Shown here: one piece after another, positions 45,621 through 53,380 of the stretch | How positions within the stretch are numbered: position 1 is the first letter of the stretch | Layout: each line of letters begins with the position of its first letter | Assembly (NCBI GenBank): GCA_959604355.1 | Contig: CAUHAO010000003.1 | Coordinates: forward strand, 210-64,209 | From: an uncultured Eubacteriales bacterium | Lineage (GTDB): Bacteria > Bacillota > Clostridia > Oscillospirales > UBA644 | Length of the DNA: 64,000 nt | Reading direction: 5' to 3' | Notes under the pieces: generated by a model | What the model was told of the DNA's origin: nothing | What the model saw: the letters and a program-made list of their open reading frames with translations, nothing else | Databases searched by the model: none | Translations under genes and position numbers: made by a program

Positions 45621-45691
45621 TACATATCGGGAAACGAGGTCACGGGCTCCTTTCCCCAATCAAATATTTTTTCAACGAAAGGAGATTACGA

Positions 45692-46783
45692 ATGCAAAGT
45701 AATCCACACAAGCTCACCGTAATAGACGGTGAAACACTCATGGACAAAAGACTTCCGCCCACGAAGTTTTGCGTCGACACTCTACTGCCCCAAGGGCTCT
45801 GCATCCTTGGCGGTTCACCCAAGGTAGGCAAATCGTGGCTGGTGCTTGACCTATGCGTCCACGTCGCCCAAGGAACGCCTTTGTGGGGGCTTGACGTGAC
45901 GAGGGGAGATGTGCTCTACCTCTGCCTTGAAGACAGCGAGAGGCGGATTCAGGAGCGCCTGAACACCATCACGGATAACGTTCCCGAAGGAATGTATTTC
46001 GCAACCGGATGCACCTCAATTGAGAGCGGAGTCTGCGATTGGCTCCGTCGGTTCAAAGGGCAACACCCGGCACTCTCTCTGGTCGCCATCGACACCTTCC
46101 AGCTCATCCGCACGCCCACTCCCGAGGTTTCCTACGGCGGTGACTACGCCGAACTTCGCGTCCTCAAAGAGCTGGCAGATGAGCTTGGCATCTGCCTTCT
46201 GCTCGTCCACCATCTGCGGAAGATGAACGATAAGGATCCCGTCAACAAGCTCTCGGGTAGCACAGGTATCTCGGGCGCGGTCGATGCCATTTTCGTTCTG
46301 GACAAGAACGAGAGGATAGAACGCCTCGCTACGTTCTACGCCTCGGGGCGTGATATCCGTGACCGAAAGATCCAGCTGGAGCATGACACGGACACCTGCG
46401 TCTGGACACTCATTGCAGACAGCCTGACCATGCCTGAAACATTGCTTCCCGATGAAATGGCATATATGCTCGGTTTCCTTGTGAGATCAACAACTCATGA
46501 ATTCGTCGGTACGAACACCGAACTGGCTCAGCACGTTTCCATCGCGTTAGGGAAAGAGGTCAACCCCAAGGGACTCAAGCAAATGATGAACCGCTACCGT
46601 TATCGGCTGGAAGACCTCGGTGTCTTCTTTGAGAGCAAGCGGAGCAACGGACAGAAGTACGTTGTGGTCAAATACCGTCCTCCCTCTGACGGTGACTCAA
46701 GTGCCTCAAGTGACTCTGTTTCTTCTGCTCTCACAGATTCCGTCCCTTTCGTCCCTTGCGTTCCTGCGGAGGATTTGGGATGA
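45692..46783 (+). CDS. AAA family ATPase (RepA/AAA_25-like, replication or transfer helper)
   Basis: ATG 45692 follows aaggaga; the track ORF starts at GTG 45575 inside the repeats. Walker A is GGSPKVGKSW, with Walker B-like LVAIDTFQ and LLLVHHLRK. Confidence 0.75.
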   Translation: MQSNPHKLTVIDGETLMDKRLPPTKFCVDTLLPQGLCILGGSPKVGKSWLVLDLCVHVAQGTPLWGLDVTRGDVLYLCLEDSERRIQERLNTITDNVPEGMYFATGCTSIESGVCDWLRRFKGQHPALSLVAIDTFQLIRTPTPEVSYGGDYAELRVLKELADELGICLLLVHHLRKMNDKDPVNKLSGSTGISGAVDAIFVLDKNERIERLATFYASGRDIRDRKIQLEHDTDTCVWTLIADSLTMPETLLPDEMAYMLGFLVRSTTHEFVGTNTELAQHVSIALGKEVNPKGLKQMMNRYRYRLEDLGVFFESKRSNGQKYVVVKYRPPSDGDSSASSDSVSSALTDSVPFVPCVPAEDLG

Positions 46784-46803
46784 AGACGCTTTATGACGAG
46801 TTT

Positions 46804-46981
46804 CGCCTTTGTATTACGACCGCCCATTTGGGCGGCCGCAAAGGCGTCGGGCTAAGCCCATACCCCTACGCCGTAGGCGTAACTTCTTTCGCTTTCGAAA
46901 GAAATATCACGACGGTGTTCTCACCGTCATATCACGTTGCCGCAGGGCAACATATCACATCTCGCTCGCGAGATATATCAC
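46804..46981 (+). promoter_or_regulatory. Candidate oriT: array of hairpins punctuated by four ATATCAC heptamers
   Basis: A nested hairpin CGCCTTTG..CCGCCC-attt-GGGCGG..CAAAGGCG comes first. It is followed by palindromes GGGCTaAGCCC, CCTACGcCGTAGG and CTTTCGAAAG. After these, ATATCAC (46904) is followed by the hairpin GACGGTG/CACCGTC, ATATCAC (46929) by GTTGCC/GGCAAC, ATATCAC (46952) by ATCTCGC/GCGAGAT, and a final ATATCAC lies at 46975. The array sits immediately upstream of mobC-relaxase. Confidence 0.5.
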
Positions 46982-47003
46982 TCTTATCAGAAAGGACTTT
47001 AGA

Positions 47004-47321
47004 ATGAATAAACAAAACAAAGATTATTTCATTTCTTTTCGCGTGACTGCTGAAGAAAAGAAGTGGATCGAAGAACATTCCTACGGCAATTACCGCCTCA
47101 TCAGCGACTTCGTTCGGGACTGTGTTTTCAAAAAAGAAATGATCATCATCACAGGTGCGGGCGATGTGGCAACCGAACTTCGCCGTATCGGAAATAACGT
47201 AAACCAGCTCACGCGAGCCGTCAACGCGGGATTTGTTTCGCAGATCAATCTGACAGAGACGAGAAAGGAGCTTGAAAATATATGGCAATCGTTAAATTCG
47301 TTGCTTCGAGTTGCCCGATGA
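47004..47321 (+). CDS. mobC: Plasmid mobilization relaxosome protein MobC
   Basis: DYFISFRVTAEEKKWIEEH...ELRRIGNNVNQLTRAVN is the MobC ribbon-helix-helix + conserved GNNLNQ-type motif. ATG 47004; the track ORF is over-extended to 46809. Confidence 0.7.
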   Translation: MNKQNKDYFISFRVTAEEKKWIEEHSYGNYRLISDFVRDCVFKKEMIIITGAGDVATELRRIGNNVNQLTRAVNAGFVSQINLTETRKELENIWQSLNSLLRVAR

Positions 47322-48259
47322 ACAATATTTTTCCCTACGTGATGAACCGGGAAAAGACCGATGAAAATCTGATTTCGGGCATCAACTGCTCCCCCGATAC
47401 GGTGCTTCAGGAATTCACGTTTGTGAAAAAGCAATTCAAAAAAGAGGACGGAAGGACATACGTTCACATCGTACAAGCCTTCAGTCCCGACGATGATCTA
47501 ACCCCCGAGGTTGCTCACGAGATCGGTCTGCGCTTTGCTGAATACTTCCCCGGCTATCAGATCCTGATCGCCACACACAGAGATCACGCCCACCTCCACA
47601 ACCATCTCATACTCAACTCGGTGAACATGGAAACGGGAAAGAAATTTCATCAGAGTGCCGCCGAGATGCGGCAGGTCAAGGAGTATTCCAACAGGCTCTG
47701 CCGGGAGTACGGACTGTCCGAAACCGAAATGAAATCTGCCTTTGGGGCAATGCCGAAGTGGAAGGATCTGCTTCGCCGAAAGGCATATTCCGTCGCCAAC
47801 AACACCTGCTGCAAGGAAGATTTTATCTACGAAATGGAGATGCACGGCTACAAGGTTGACTGGAAAGATAACCATAAGTATATCACCTTCACCACGCCCG
47901 ACGGTCATAAATGCCGTGACAATAAGCTCTTTGCCGAGCAGCTTCTGCGAAAAAATCTGGAGATTTATTTCGCTCTCGGCGGTTGTGAATCGGGACTTGC
48001 GGATCAATACAAGTCGTATGTGAATGATCTCCGACCCGAACACGCCTACACAGTTGGCGACGGACTTTTCAATCTTTTGAAAAATCTGCTCGAAACCATG
48101 CCCTACGATGGACTCTTCACACCGCCTGTTGAAGAACATCAGCTCGACAAAATGACCGTGATGATGCTGGAAATGATGGGCATCAAGGTCGAACCCAAGG
48201 CGCTTTTACAGTACAGCGCAAACAACGAACGTGAAAACGAATACGGACTTTATATGTAA
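47282..48259 (+). CDS. Relaxase/mobilization nuclease (MobA/VirD2 family)
   Basis: The N-terminus MAIVKFVASS...YV, then YVHIVQAFSP and the histidine triad HRDHAHLHNHLILNSV. Confidence 0.85.
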   Translation: MAIVKFVASSCPMNNIFPYVMNREKTDENLISGINCSPDTVLQEFTFVKKQFKKEDGRTYVHIVQAFSPDDDLTPEVAHEIGLRFAEYFPGYQILIATHRDHAHLHNHLILNSVNMETGKKFHQSAAEMRQVKEYSNRLCREYGLSETEMKSAFGAMPKWKDLLRRKAYSVANNTCCKEDFIYEMEMHGYKVDWKDNHKYITFTTPDGHKCRDNKLFAEQLLRKNLEIYFALGGCESGLADQYKSYVNDLRPEHAYTVGDGLFNLLKNLLETMPYDGLFTPPVEEHQLDKMTVMMLEMMGIKVEPKALLQYSANNERENEYGLYM

Positions 48260-48273
48260 CGAAAGGAAAAGGA

Positions 48274-48576
48274 ATGCTCAATCACAATATCTTTTGTAAT
48301 TACCCCGACGCCATGACACTCGCCCAGTTTGCAGAGTGCTTAAATATCAGCACCAAGCTCGCCTCACGACTCGTGCATGAGAAAAAGGTCTTCGCCAAAA
48401 AAGTAGGACGGGAATACCGTATCTCGAAAAGCTCTGTGGTGGAATTTGTCCGCGGAGAGAAAAAACACAAGAAAAAAAGTTGTGTTGTAAATGTAACTTC
48501 GAACCCACAGGACTGGATAATTGAAGATAAATGTGGTATCTTGTGTGCTGCCGCAAAGCGAAAGGAGGTATGCTGA
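48274..48576 (+). CDS. Excisionase-family helix-turn-helix DNA-binding protein
   Basis: MTLAQFAECLNISTKLASRLVHEKKVFAKKVGREYRISKSSVVEFV is a MerR-like/excisionase wHTH. It lies directly upstream of the integrase. Confidence 0.65.
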   Translation: MLNHNIFCNYPDAMTLAQFAECLNISTKLASRLVHEKKVFAKKVGREYRISKSSVVEFVRGEKKHKKKSCVVNVTSNPQDWIIEDKCGILCAAAKRKEVC

Positions 48577-48577
48577 T

Positions 48578-49789
48578 ATGGCAAATAAACTGAGTAAAGA
48601 CATCTCGGGAAGCGTTCAGGAAAAGAGAGGTATGCTATATCTGGTGGTCAGCTACAAGGATACCGTAACGCAGAAAAACAAAACCAAATGGTTGGGGCTT
48701 GGACTGCCTGCAGGATCCACGAAATCGCTCATCAACAAGGCTGTAAGAGAGGCAAAGAACAAGTTTGAAAGCGAGTACAAGCGCTTCCTTGACGGCTACG
48801 ACGATCCGACCAAATATCCTCTTCTGCAATTCATCAATGACTGGCTCGACAAGGTTCATAAGCATAAGATCCAAGAATCCACATACTACGGCTACAAGAG
48901 AAGAGTGAGCGGTAAGATGGCGAAATACTTTGACGAAAAGATCACGCTCGCCGACTGCAAGCCGAGGCTCATTCATGGCTTCTACGATTACCTGCGCGAG
49001 GACGGCGACAGCGAGCAGACGATCCTGCATTATCACAATCTGCTGCACACCGCCTTCGAATACGCCATCCGCCAGGAGATCCTCGAATACAATCCCATGG
49101 ACAGAGTGGAGCGTCCGCAACCGAAGAAGTTCGTCGGCGACTTCTACTCGGTGGACGAAGTCAAGACACTGCTCGAACACGCGAGAGAGGACGTCATCTA
49201 TATCCCCATCGTCCTTGCCGTCTACTGTGGACTGCGCCGGAGCGAGGCACTTGGGCTGTCGTGGAGCAACATCGACTTTGAGAATGACAAAATCTTTATC
49301 GGGCAGAAGGTGCTGGAGGTCGTCCGCAACGGCAAAATGGAACAGGTGGTCAGCGACGAAATGAAGACCGAAAGCTCACGCCGCAGCTTCCGCATGGTTC
49401 CCGAGGTGAGGGATATCCTGCTCGCCCACAAGGAACGCCAAGAATTATACCGCAAACAATTCCGCCGAGCCTACAGCAAAAAATACCTTGACATGGTCTG
49501 TGTCAACCCCTTGGGGGAGCTGATCAAGCCAAGTTATATCACCTCCCACTTCCCGAAGCTGTTGAAGCAATACGGGATGCGGGATATCCGCTTCCACGAC
49601 CTTCGCCACACCTGCGCCTCGCTCCTCGTGTCGCTCGACGTGAATATGAAGGTCATTCAAAGGTATCTTGGGCACAGTAATATGAGCACCACCGCGGACA
49701 TTTACTCGCACCTTGATGCCAATGCTACAGGCGAGGCGGGGATGAAACTGGGTAAGCTCCTTGCCGATGACGAAAGCGAGGTGAGCTGA
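48578..49789 (+). CDS. int: Tyrosine-type site-specific integrase
   Basis: ATG 48578 follows aaggagg. Catalytic signature: GLRRSEALGL (R), RFHDLRHTCASLL (HxxR), LGHSNMSTTADIYSHL (Y). Confidence 0.9.
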   Translation: MANKLSKDISGSVQEKRGMLYLVVSYKDTVTQKNKTKWLGLGLPAGSTKSLINKAVREAKNKFESEYKRFLDGYDDPTKYPLLQFINDWLDKVHKHKIQESTYYGYKRRVSGKMAKYFDEKITLADCKPRLIHGFYDYLREDGDSEQTILHYHNLLHTAFEYAIRQEILEYNPMDRVERPQPKKFVGDFYSVDEVKTLLEHAREDVIYIPIVLAVYCGLRRSEALGLSWSNIDFENDKIFIGQKVLEVVRNGKMEQVVSDEMKTESSRRSFRMVPEVRDILLAHKERQELYRKQFRRAYSKKYLDMVCVNPLGELIKPSYITSHFPKLLKQYGMRDIRFHDLRHTCASLLVSLDVNMKVIQRYLGHSNMSTTADIYSHLDANATGEAGMKLGKLLADDESEVS

Positions 49790-49790
49790 T

Positions 49791-50372
49791 ATGCTGGGGG
49801 AGGGCGAAATATCCTTGGAACAGCTCTACAAGATGCTTCACGTCAGCAAGAGAAAGGCGGCGTGGATGCTGAACAATGGCATCATTCCGTGCCGCATCCG
49901 TCCGACCGCAACCCACCGATATATCATCCGCCTGGAGGACGTAGAAATTTACCTGCAGAAACAAAGAAAGGCAAGGCGAGAGGAGATCCCCGTGGGAATC
50001 TTCAACGCCAAGCCCCGGAAGCGGGAGGTGTTGCTGAACCGTCAGCCCGTGGACACTGTCACCATCGCAGAATGCTATATCACCCTTGCGGATGAATACA
50101 AGGAAGCGTTCCGAGCGCATGTGGAGAAGCGGCTCCAATACACAGCAGACGCCTTCGTCATTGATACCGCGGCAGAGATCATCGGTTACAGTCGTGGCAT
50201 GGTGCTGTCCCACATTCAGCAAAAGCACATTGACGCCGTCCGCATCAGCGGCAAGTATATCATCTCCAAAGCCGCCATCGTTGACTTCCTCGTCAGTGAC
50301 ATTGCCTTCGGAATTGTCAATAAATCCGCGTGGCATATGAATACGATCCTGATGTTCTCAAATAAGGGATAA
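49791..50372 (+). CDS. Tandem excisionase-like HTH domain protein
   Basis: Two wHTH-like repeats: LEQLYKMLHVSKRKAAWMLNNGIIPC...YIIRLEDVEIYL and IDTAAEIIGYSRGMVLSHIQQKHIDAVRISGKYIISKAAIVDFL. Confidence 0.55.
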   Translation: MLGEGEISLEQLYKMLHVSKRKAAWMLNNGIIPCRIRPTATHRYIIRLEDVEIYLQKQRKARREEIPVGIFNAKPRKREVLLNRQPVDTVTIAECYITLADEYKEAFRAHVEKRLQYTADAFVIDTAAEIIGYSRGMVLSHIQQKHIDAVRISGKYIISKAAIVDFLVSDIAFGIVNKSAWHMNTILMFSNKG

Positions 50373-50378
50373 GAAAAG

Positions 50379-50414
50379 GCACAGCCTCACTATTGCGGTG
50401 GGGCTGTGCTTTTT
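50379..50414 (+). terminator. Rho-independent terminator after the integration module
   Basis: GCACAGCC-15 nt-GGCTGTGC followed by TTTTT. Confidence 0.6.
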
Positions 50415-50511
50415 GGCTGTAAATCACTCAAATTGAGTTGAATTATAAGAAAAAAACACAAACAAAGATATAAAGTTCTTATAACGTAATATTTAAGTAG
50501 AGTAATTGAGT

Positions 50512-51267
50512 TTATTGCTTACGCAAGTCGTTCAAAATGTCGTTGTATTTATTATCTATCCGCATTTCTGTCCCCAAAAGTTGGAAATCCCAAGAATAGT
50601 ACATTAAAACATCTTTAGAAGGGCTGTTTATCAAATGTAGGCTACCAAAAATGACAAAATAGTTATCGTATGCTTTTATCACTCCAAAGTCACCTTGTTG
50701 AGGCTTTTCTTCAAAAATTGAGTCAAGTTCTTCTTTTACACTGTCCTTTAAATTCCCGTTTTCTAAATATGGAACGATTATGCCTTTGTGAACATAGTCT
50801 TCCAAGTATTTGTTGGATTGTGCCGTTTGTTCCGAAAACAACCTTCCGTCAGACCAATTATCTTTGATAAGAACATCAGTATCTACATAGTAAATCCAAT
50901 ATATTGTTCTTTGGGAATTATCTAATCCGTGAGAAACCAAATAAATATCTTTGCTATTTGGCGAAAGCATCATAAGCCATAAAACTTCGTTGTCTGTGTC
51001 CGTTGAGTTCAACCATTTTTTAACTGCCCTATATTTGTTTTCCGGCAAAATAGGGTCAGAACCACCAAAACCCGAAATTGAATCATTATCAACTTTAGTA
51101 CTGAATACAGATGAAGGTTGTGTATTGATAATTGTATTACTTGTATCGCTTGCGTCAGGAGCAAGCGATGGATATTGGTTTTCATTTGTTGCTTGATTGG
51201 TTGAACAACTGGGCAAAAGAAAACACAATAAAACTACACATATTAGACCATTAATATGCTTTCTCAT
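50512..51267 (-). CDS. Hypothetical lipoprotein (island cargo)
   Basis: Lipobox LLPSC after MRKHINGLICVVLLCF. 4-nt overlap with the upstream gene. No family recognised. Confidence 0.6.
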   Translation of the reverse strand: MRKHINGLICVVLLCFLLPSCSTNQATNENQYPSLAPDASDTSNTIINTQPSSVFSTKVDNDSISGFGGSDPILPENKYRAVKKWLNSTDTDNEVLWLMMLSPNSKDIYLVSHGLDNSQRTIYWIYYVDTDVLIKDNWSDGRLFSEQTAQSNKYLEDYVHKGIIVPYLENGNLKDSVKEELDSIFEEKPQQGDFGVIKAYDNYFVIFGSLHLINSPSKDVLMYYSWDFQLLGTEMRIDNKYNDILNDLRKQ

Positions 51268-51872
51268 CTTTCGGTCCTCATTTCGATAAATCTTTTTTCT
51301 TCCTTTGAAAGCAAATAAGCGCGATAATCAAATTTGTCGTAAGTATTCTTTTTATTTTTGTGAGGCGCTCCATTACCTAATACAATAAGAAACTCTTCGT
51401 TGGCGTACAAATCAAATGCATTAATTTGTTTCAAACAATCGTATGCATATCTTAATTTTTCAGCTTCTATTTCATTTCTTTCATCACAATGAACATAACC
51501 GATCACAACTTTGAGAGGGCATCTTATGTGAGCGAGTTTTATAAGTTCATCCGTCCAATCGGATTTATCATTTTCATGCTCTACCGCAATTTTTAAGTCC
51601 CATAAATGCCTTATCATTCCGATACTCTTAGCACGATCTTCAGGAATCTTTTGGTACTTTGCTTTCCATCCAATAGTATCAATTCTGAAGTATTCATTTT
51701 GACACTCTAATCCGTCATTTTTTATAATTTTCGGAACAACGGTCTTGTTAATGATTTTTGTGAAAGTTGGCTCATCGTTTTTGTAGATTTCAAAATAACT
51801 TCTGCCATCATCGTGAATAACAGTTTCCTTTACTGCATCAACAAATTGAGCAAAAAAAGTGCTTGCGTTCAT
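51264..51872 (-). CDS. Hypothetical cytoplasmic protein (island cargo)
   Basis: 202 aa with RBS gagggg. FRIDTIGW...LKIAVEHEN is vaguely nuclease-fold-like but does not support a confident call. Confidence 0.55.
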   Translation of the reverse strand: MNASTFFAQFVDAVKETVIHDDGRSYFEIYKNDEPTFTKIINKTVVPKIIKNDGLECQNEYFRIDTIGWKAKYQKIPEDRAKSIGMIRHLWDLKIAVEHENDKSDWTDELIKLAHIRCPLKVVIGYVHCDERNEIEAEKLRYAYDCLKQINAFDLYANEEFLIVLGNGAPHKNKKNTYDKFDYRAYLLSKEEKRFIEMRTER

Positions 51873-51945
51873 ATAATATACCCCTCAAAAAATTGAAAAG
51901 CCGCAAGAAAACTCCTTGCGGCTTTTGCGGTTATTAGCCGCAGAT

Positions 51946-52001
51946 TGGCGGAGAGGAAGGGATTCGAACCCTTGTGGGGTTGCCCCCAAACGGTTTTCAA
52001 G
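51946..52001 (-). repeat. attR: 56-nt repeat forming the 3' part of the intact tRNA-Ser
   Basis: Perfect match to 31714-31769. Confidence 0.9.
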
Positions 52002-52034
52002 ACCGCCTCGTTATGACCGCTTCGATACCTCTCC
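51946..52034 (-). tRNA. tRNA-Ser (anticodon UGA), CCA-encoded, long variable arm
   Basis: Hand-folded from GGAGAGG-TA-...-GCGGT-CTTGAAA-ACCGT-TTGGGGGCAACCCCAC-AAGGG-TTCGAAT-CCCTT-CCTCTCC-G-CCA. The acceptor stem has 7 bp, the T-stem 5 bp, and there is a GGGG/CCCC variable arm. Confidence 0.9.
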
Positions 52035-52172
52035 ATATATGAAACTGTCTTTCGACAGGAATCATCGGATATTCAATTTTTTAGAAATGCGCTTTTGTAC
52101 TGCTTGCGGAGTGCTGAAAAAGTCAGGTGTCGCAAGGCTTTTCACGATTTTTGCGTCCGCATGGATCGCAAA

Positions 52173-52213
52173 TTTTCAAGCCCACCTCGCTATGATCGCG
52201 TTGATAATTCTGC
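52173..52213 (-). pseudogene. Orphan 5' half of a second tRNA-Ser-like gene (ends in the anticodon loop)
   Basis: GCAGAATTATCAACGCGATCATAGCGAGGTGGGCTTGAAAA aligns with the first 41 nt of the intact tRNA at about 32/41 positions by hand. There is no 3' half downstream. Confidence 0.35.
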
Positions 52214-52405
52214 ATACACTTTGCTTTTGCTGTATTATTTGTTGCTTTTAGTTGGGTCTATTAAGCAACTTAATGTTGCTTGATGCTACTGAAATATTAT
52301 ATATCAAAAAAAATCATTTGTCAAGCCCGGCACGGGATATGTGGCGGGCTTTCACAAAAAATTCGGTTATTATGTCCATCTTAAAAAATAACAGGGGATC
52401 GGCGG

Positions 52406-52639
52406 TCATGTATTAGGAGGTGGGGTCTCTTTTTGCGGGGGTATTATCGCAAGATATTCTTCCCAGCGCTCCTGGCGGATCGGCATGACGGGGTGATGGT
52501 CGTCATCGAAAACGAGTACAAGCGCAGGACTGATGCCGTTATGATTTTCGACATAATAGTAGCTTTTCAGCTTTCCTTCCGCAATAAGCCTGTGTGCGAG
52601 AGCATGATAGCTGAAATAATTTTTCGGTAAGGAACTCAT
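52406..52639 (-). CDS. Small hypothetical protein, fourth gene of the spoIIA operon
   Basis: 77 aa with strong RBS aggagga, starting 9 nt after the sigF stop. No family recognised. Confidence 0.55.
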   Translation of the reverse strand: MSSLPKNYFSYHALAHRLIAEGKLKSYYYVENHNGISPALVLVFDDDHHPVMPIRQERWEEYLAIIPPQKETPPPNT

Positions 52640-52648
52640 ATTCTCCTC

Positions 52649-53380
52649 CTATTGCCCGATACGTTCGCGCAGCTGCTGCATTATCTTTTTCTCTTTGCGA
52701 GAGACCTGCACCTGTGTCATTCCCATTATATTTGCTGTTTCCTGCTGGGTTTTCGCGAGAAAATATCTCAAAGAAAGCAGTTTTCGGTCTTCCGTTCCGA
52801 GGTTTGATATGCCTTCTTTAAGCGCCAGAATGTCGATATACGCTATGGGATCATCTGCCGTGAGTCTGTCGGAAATGGAAATGTCTCCATCTTCCGTAAG
52901 TGTATCGTCGATCGACGCAGGTCTTCCTCCCGCGTCGGACGCAAAAACTATCTCTTCGCGGGTAAATCCTGTTGCTTCGGATATTTCGGAAAGCGTCGGT
53001 TCGCGCAGAAGCGTGTTCTGAAGGCGTTCTTTTTCACGTCGTATCACTGCATATTGTTCTTTTATGCTGCGGCTGACTTTAACCGGTCCGTCGTCACGTA
53101 GAAACCGCCGGATCTCTCCGATTATGACGGGGACGGCGTATGTTGAAAACATCAGCCCGCGTTCCACATCGAAATTCCTCAAAGCTTTGAGAAGTCCGAT
53201 TGAACCTATTTGAACAAGATCCTCGTAATCCGCGCCGCAATACGAGGCGGCACCCGAGCGTGCGAAGCGGTGAGCTGTACTCCTTACAAGGCCCATATTA
53301 AGCTCTACGATCTGCTGTTCGAGTTCCTTTTCGCCTTGCGAATAGCGTTTTATAAGCAATTCATTGTCGGTATGTGTCAT
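52649..53380 (-). CDS. sigF: Sporulation sigma factor SigF
   Basis: FSTYAVPVIIGEIRRFLRDDGPVKVSRSIKE and TQVQVSRKEKKIMQQL closely parallel B. subtilis SigF. It follows spoIIAA-spoIIAB with a 4-nt overlap. Confidence 0.9.
   Translation of the reverse strand: MTHTDNELLIKRYSQGEKELEQQIVELNMGLVRSTAHRFARSGAASYCGADYEDLVQIGSIGLLKALRNFDVERGLMFSTYAVPVIIGEIRRFLRDDGPVKVSRSIKEQYAVIRREKERLQNTLLREPTLSEISEATGFTREEIVFASDAGGRPASIDDTLTEDGDISISDRLTADDPIAYIDILALKEGISNLGTEDRKLLSLRYFLAKTQQETANIMGMTQVQVSRKEKKIMQQLRERIGQ

Larger units (their letters stand above)
31714..52001. mobile_element. ~20.3-kb integrative mobilizable element (IME) / genomic island in tRNA-Ser, carrying a type I R-M defence operon
   Basis: 56-bp perfect direct repeats sit at both ends, one of them part of an intact tRNA. 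Inside are a tyrosine integrase, excisionase-like HTH genes, mobC + relaxase, an AAA ATPase and an iteron field. Long stretches look more AT-rich than the flanks by eye. Confidence 0.8.

Noticed and set aside
45575-47003. N-terminal extensions of the AAA-ATPase ORF (from GTG 45575) and the mobC ORF (from 46809) given in the ORF track
   Set aside because: The extensions run through the iteron field and the oriT-like hairpin array and lack an RBS. Internal ATGs at 45692 and 47004 have an RBS and coincide with the start of family-like sequence.
51916-52283. 111-aa and 62-aa ORFs spanning the tRNA-Ser gene
   Set aside because: They run through a well-folding tRNA and its flanks. The start is TTG with no RBS.
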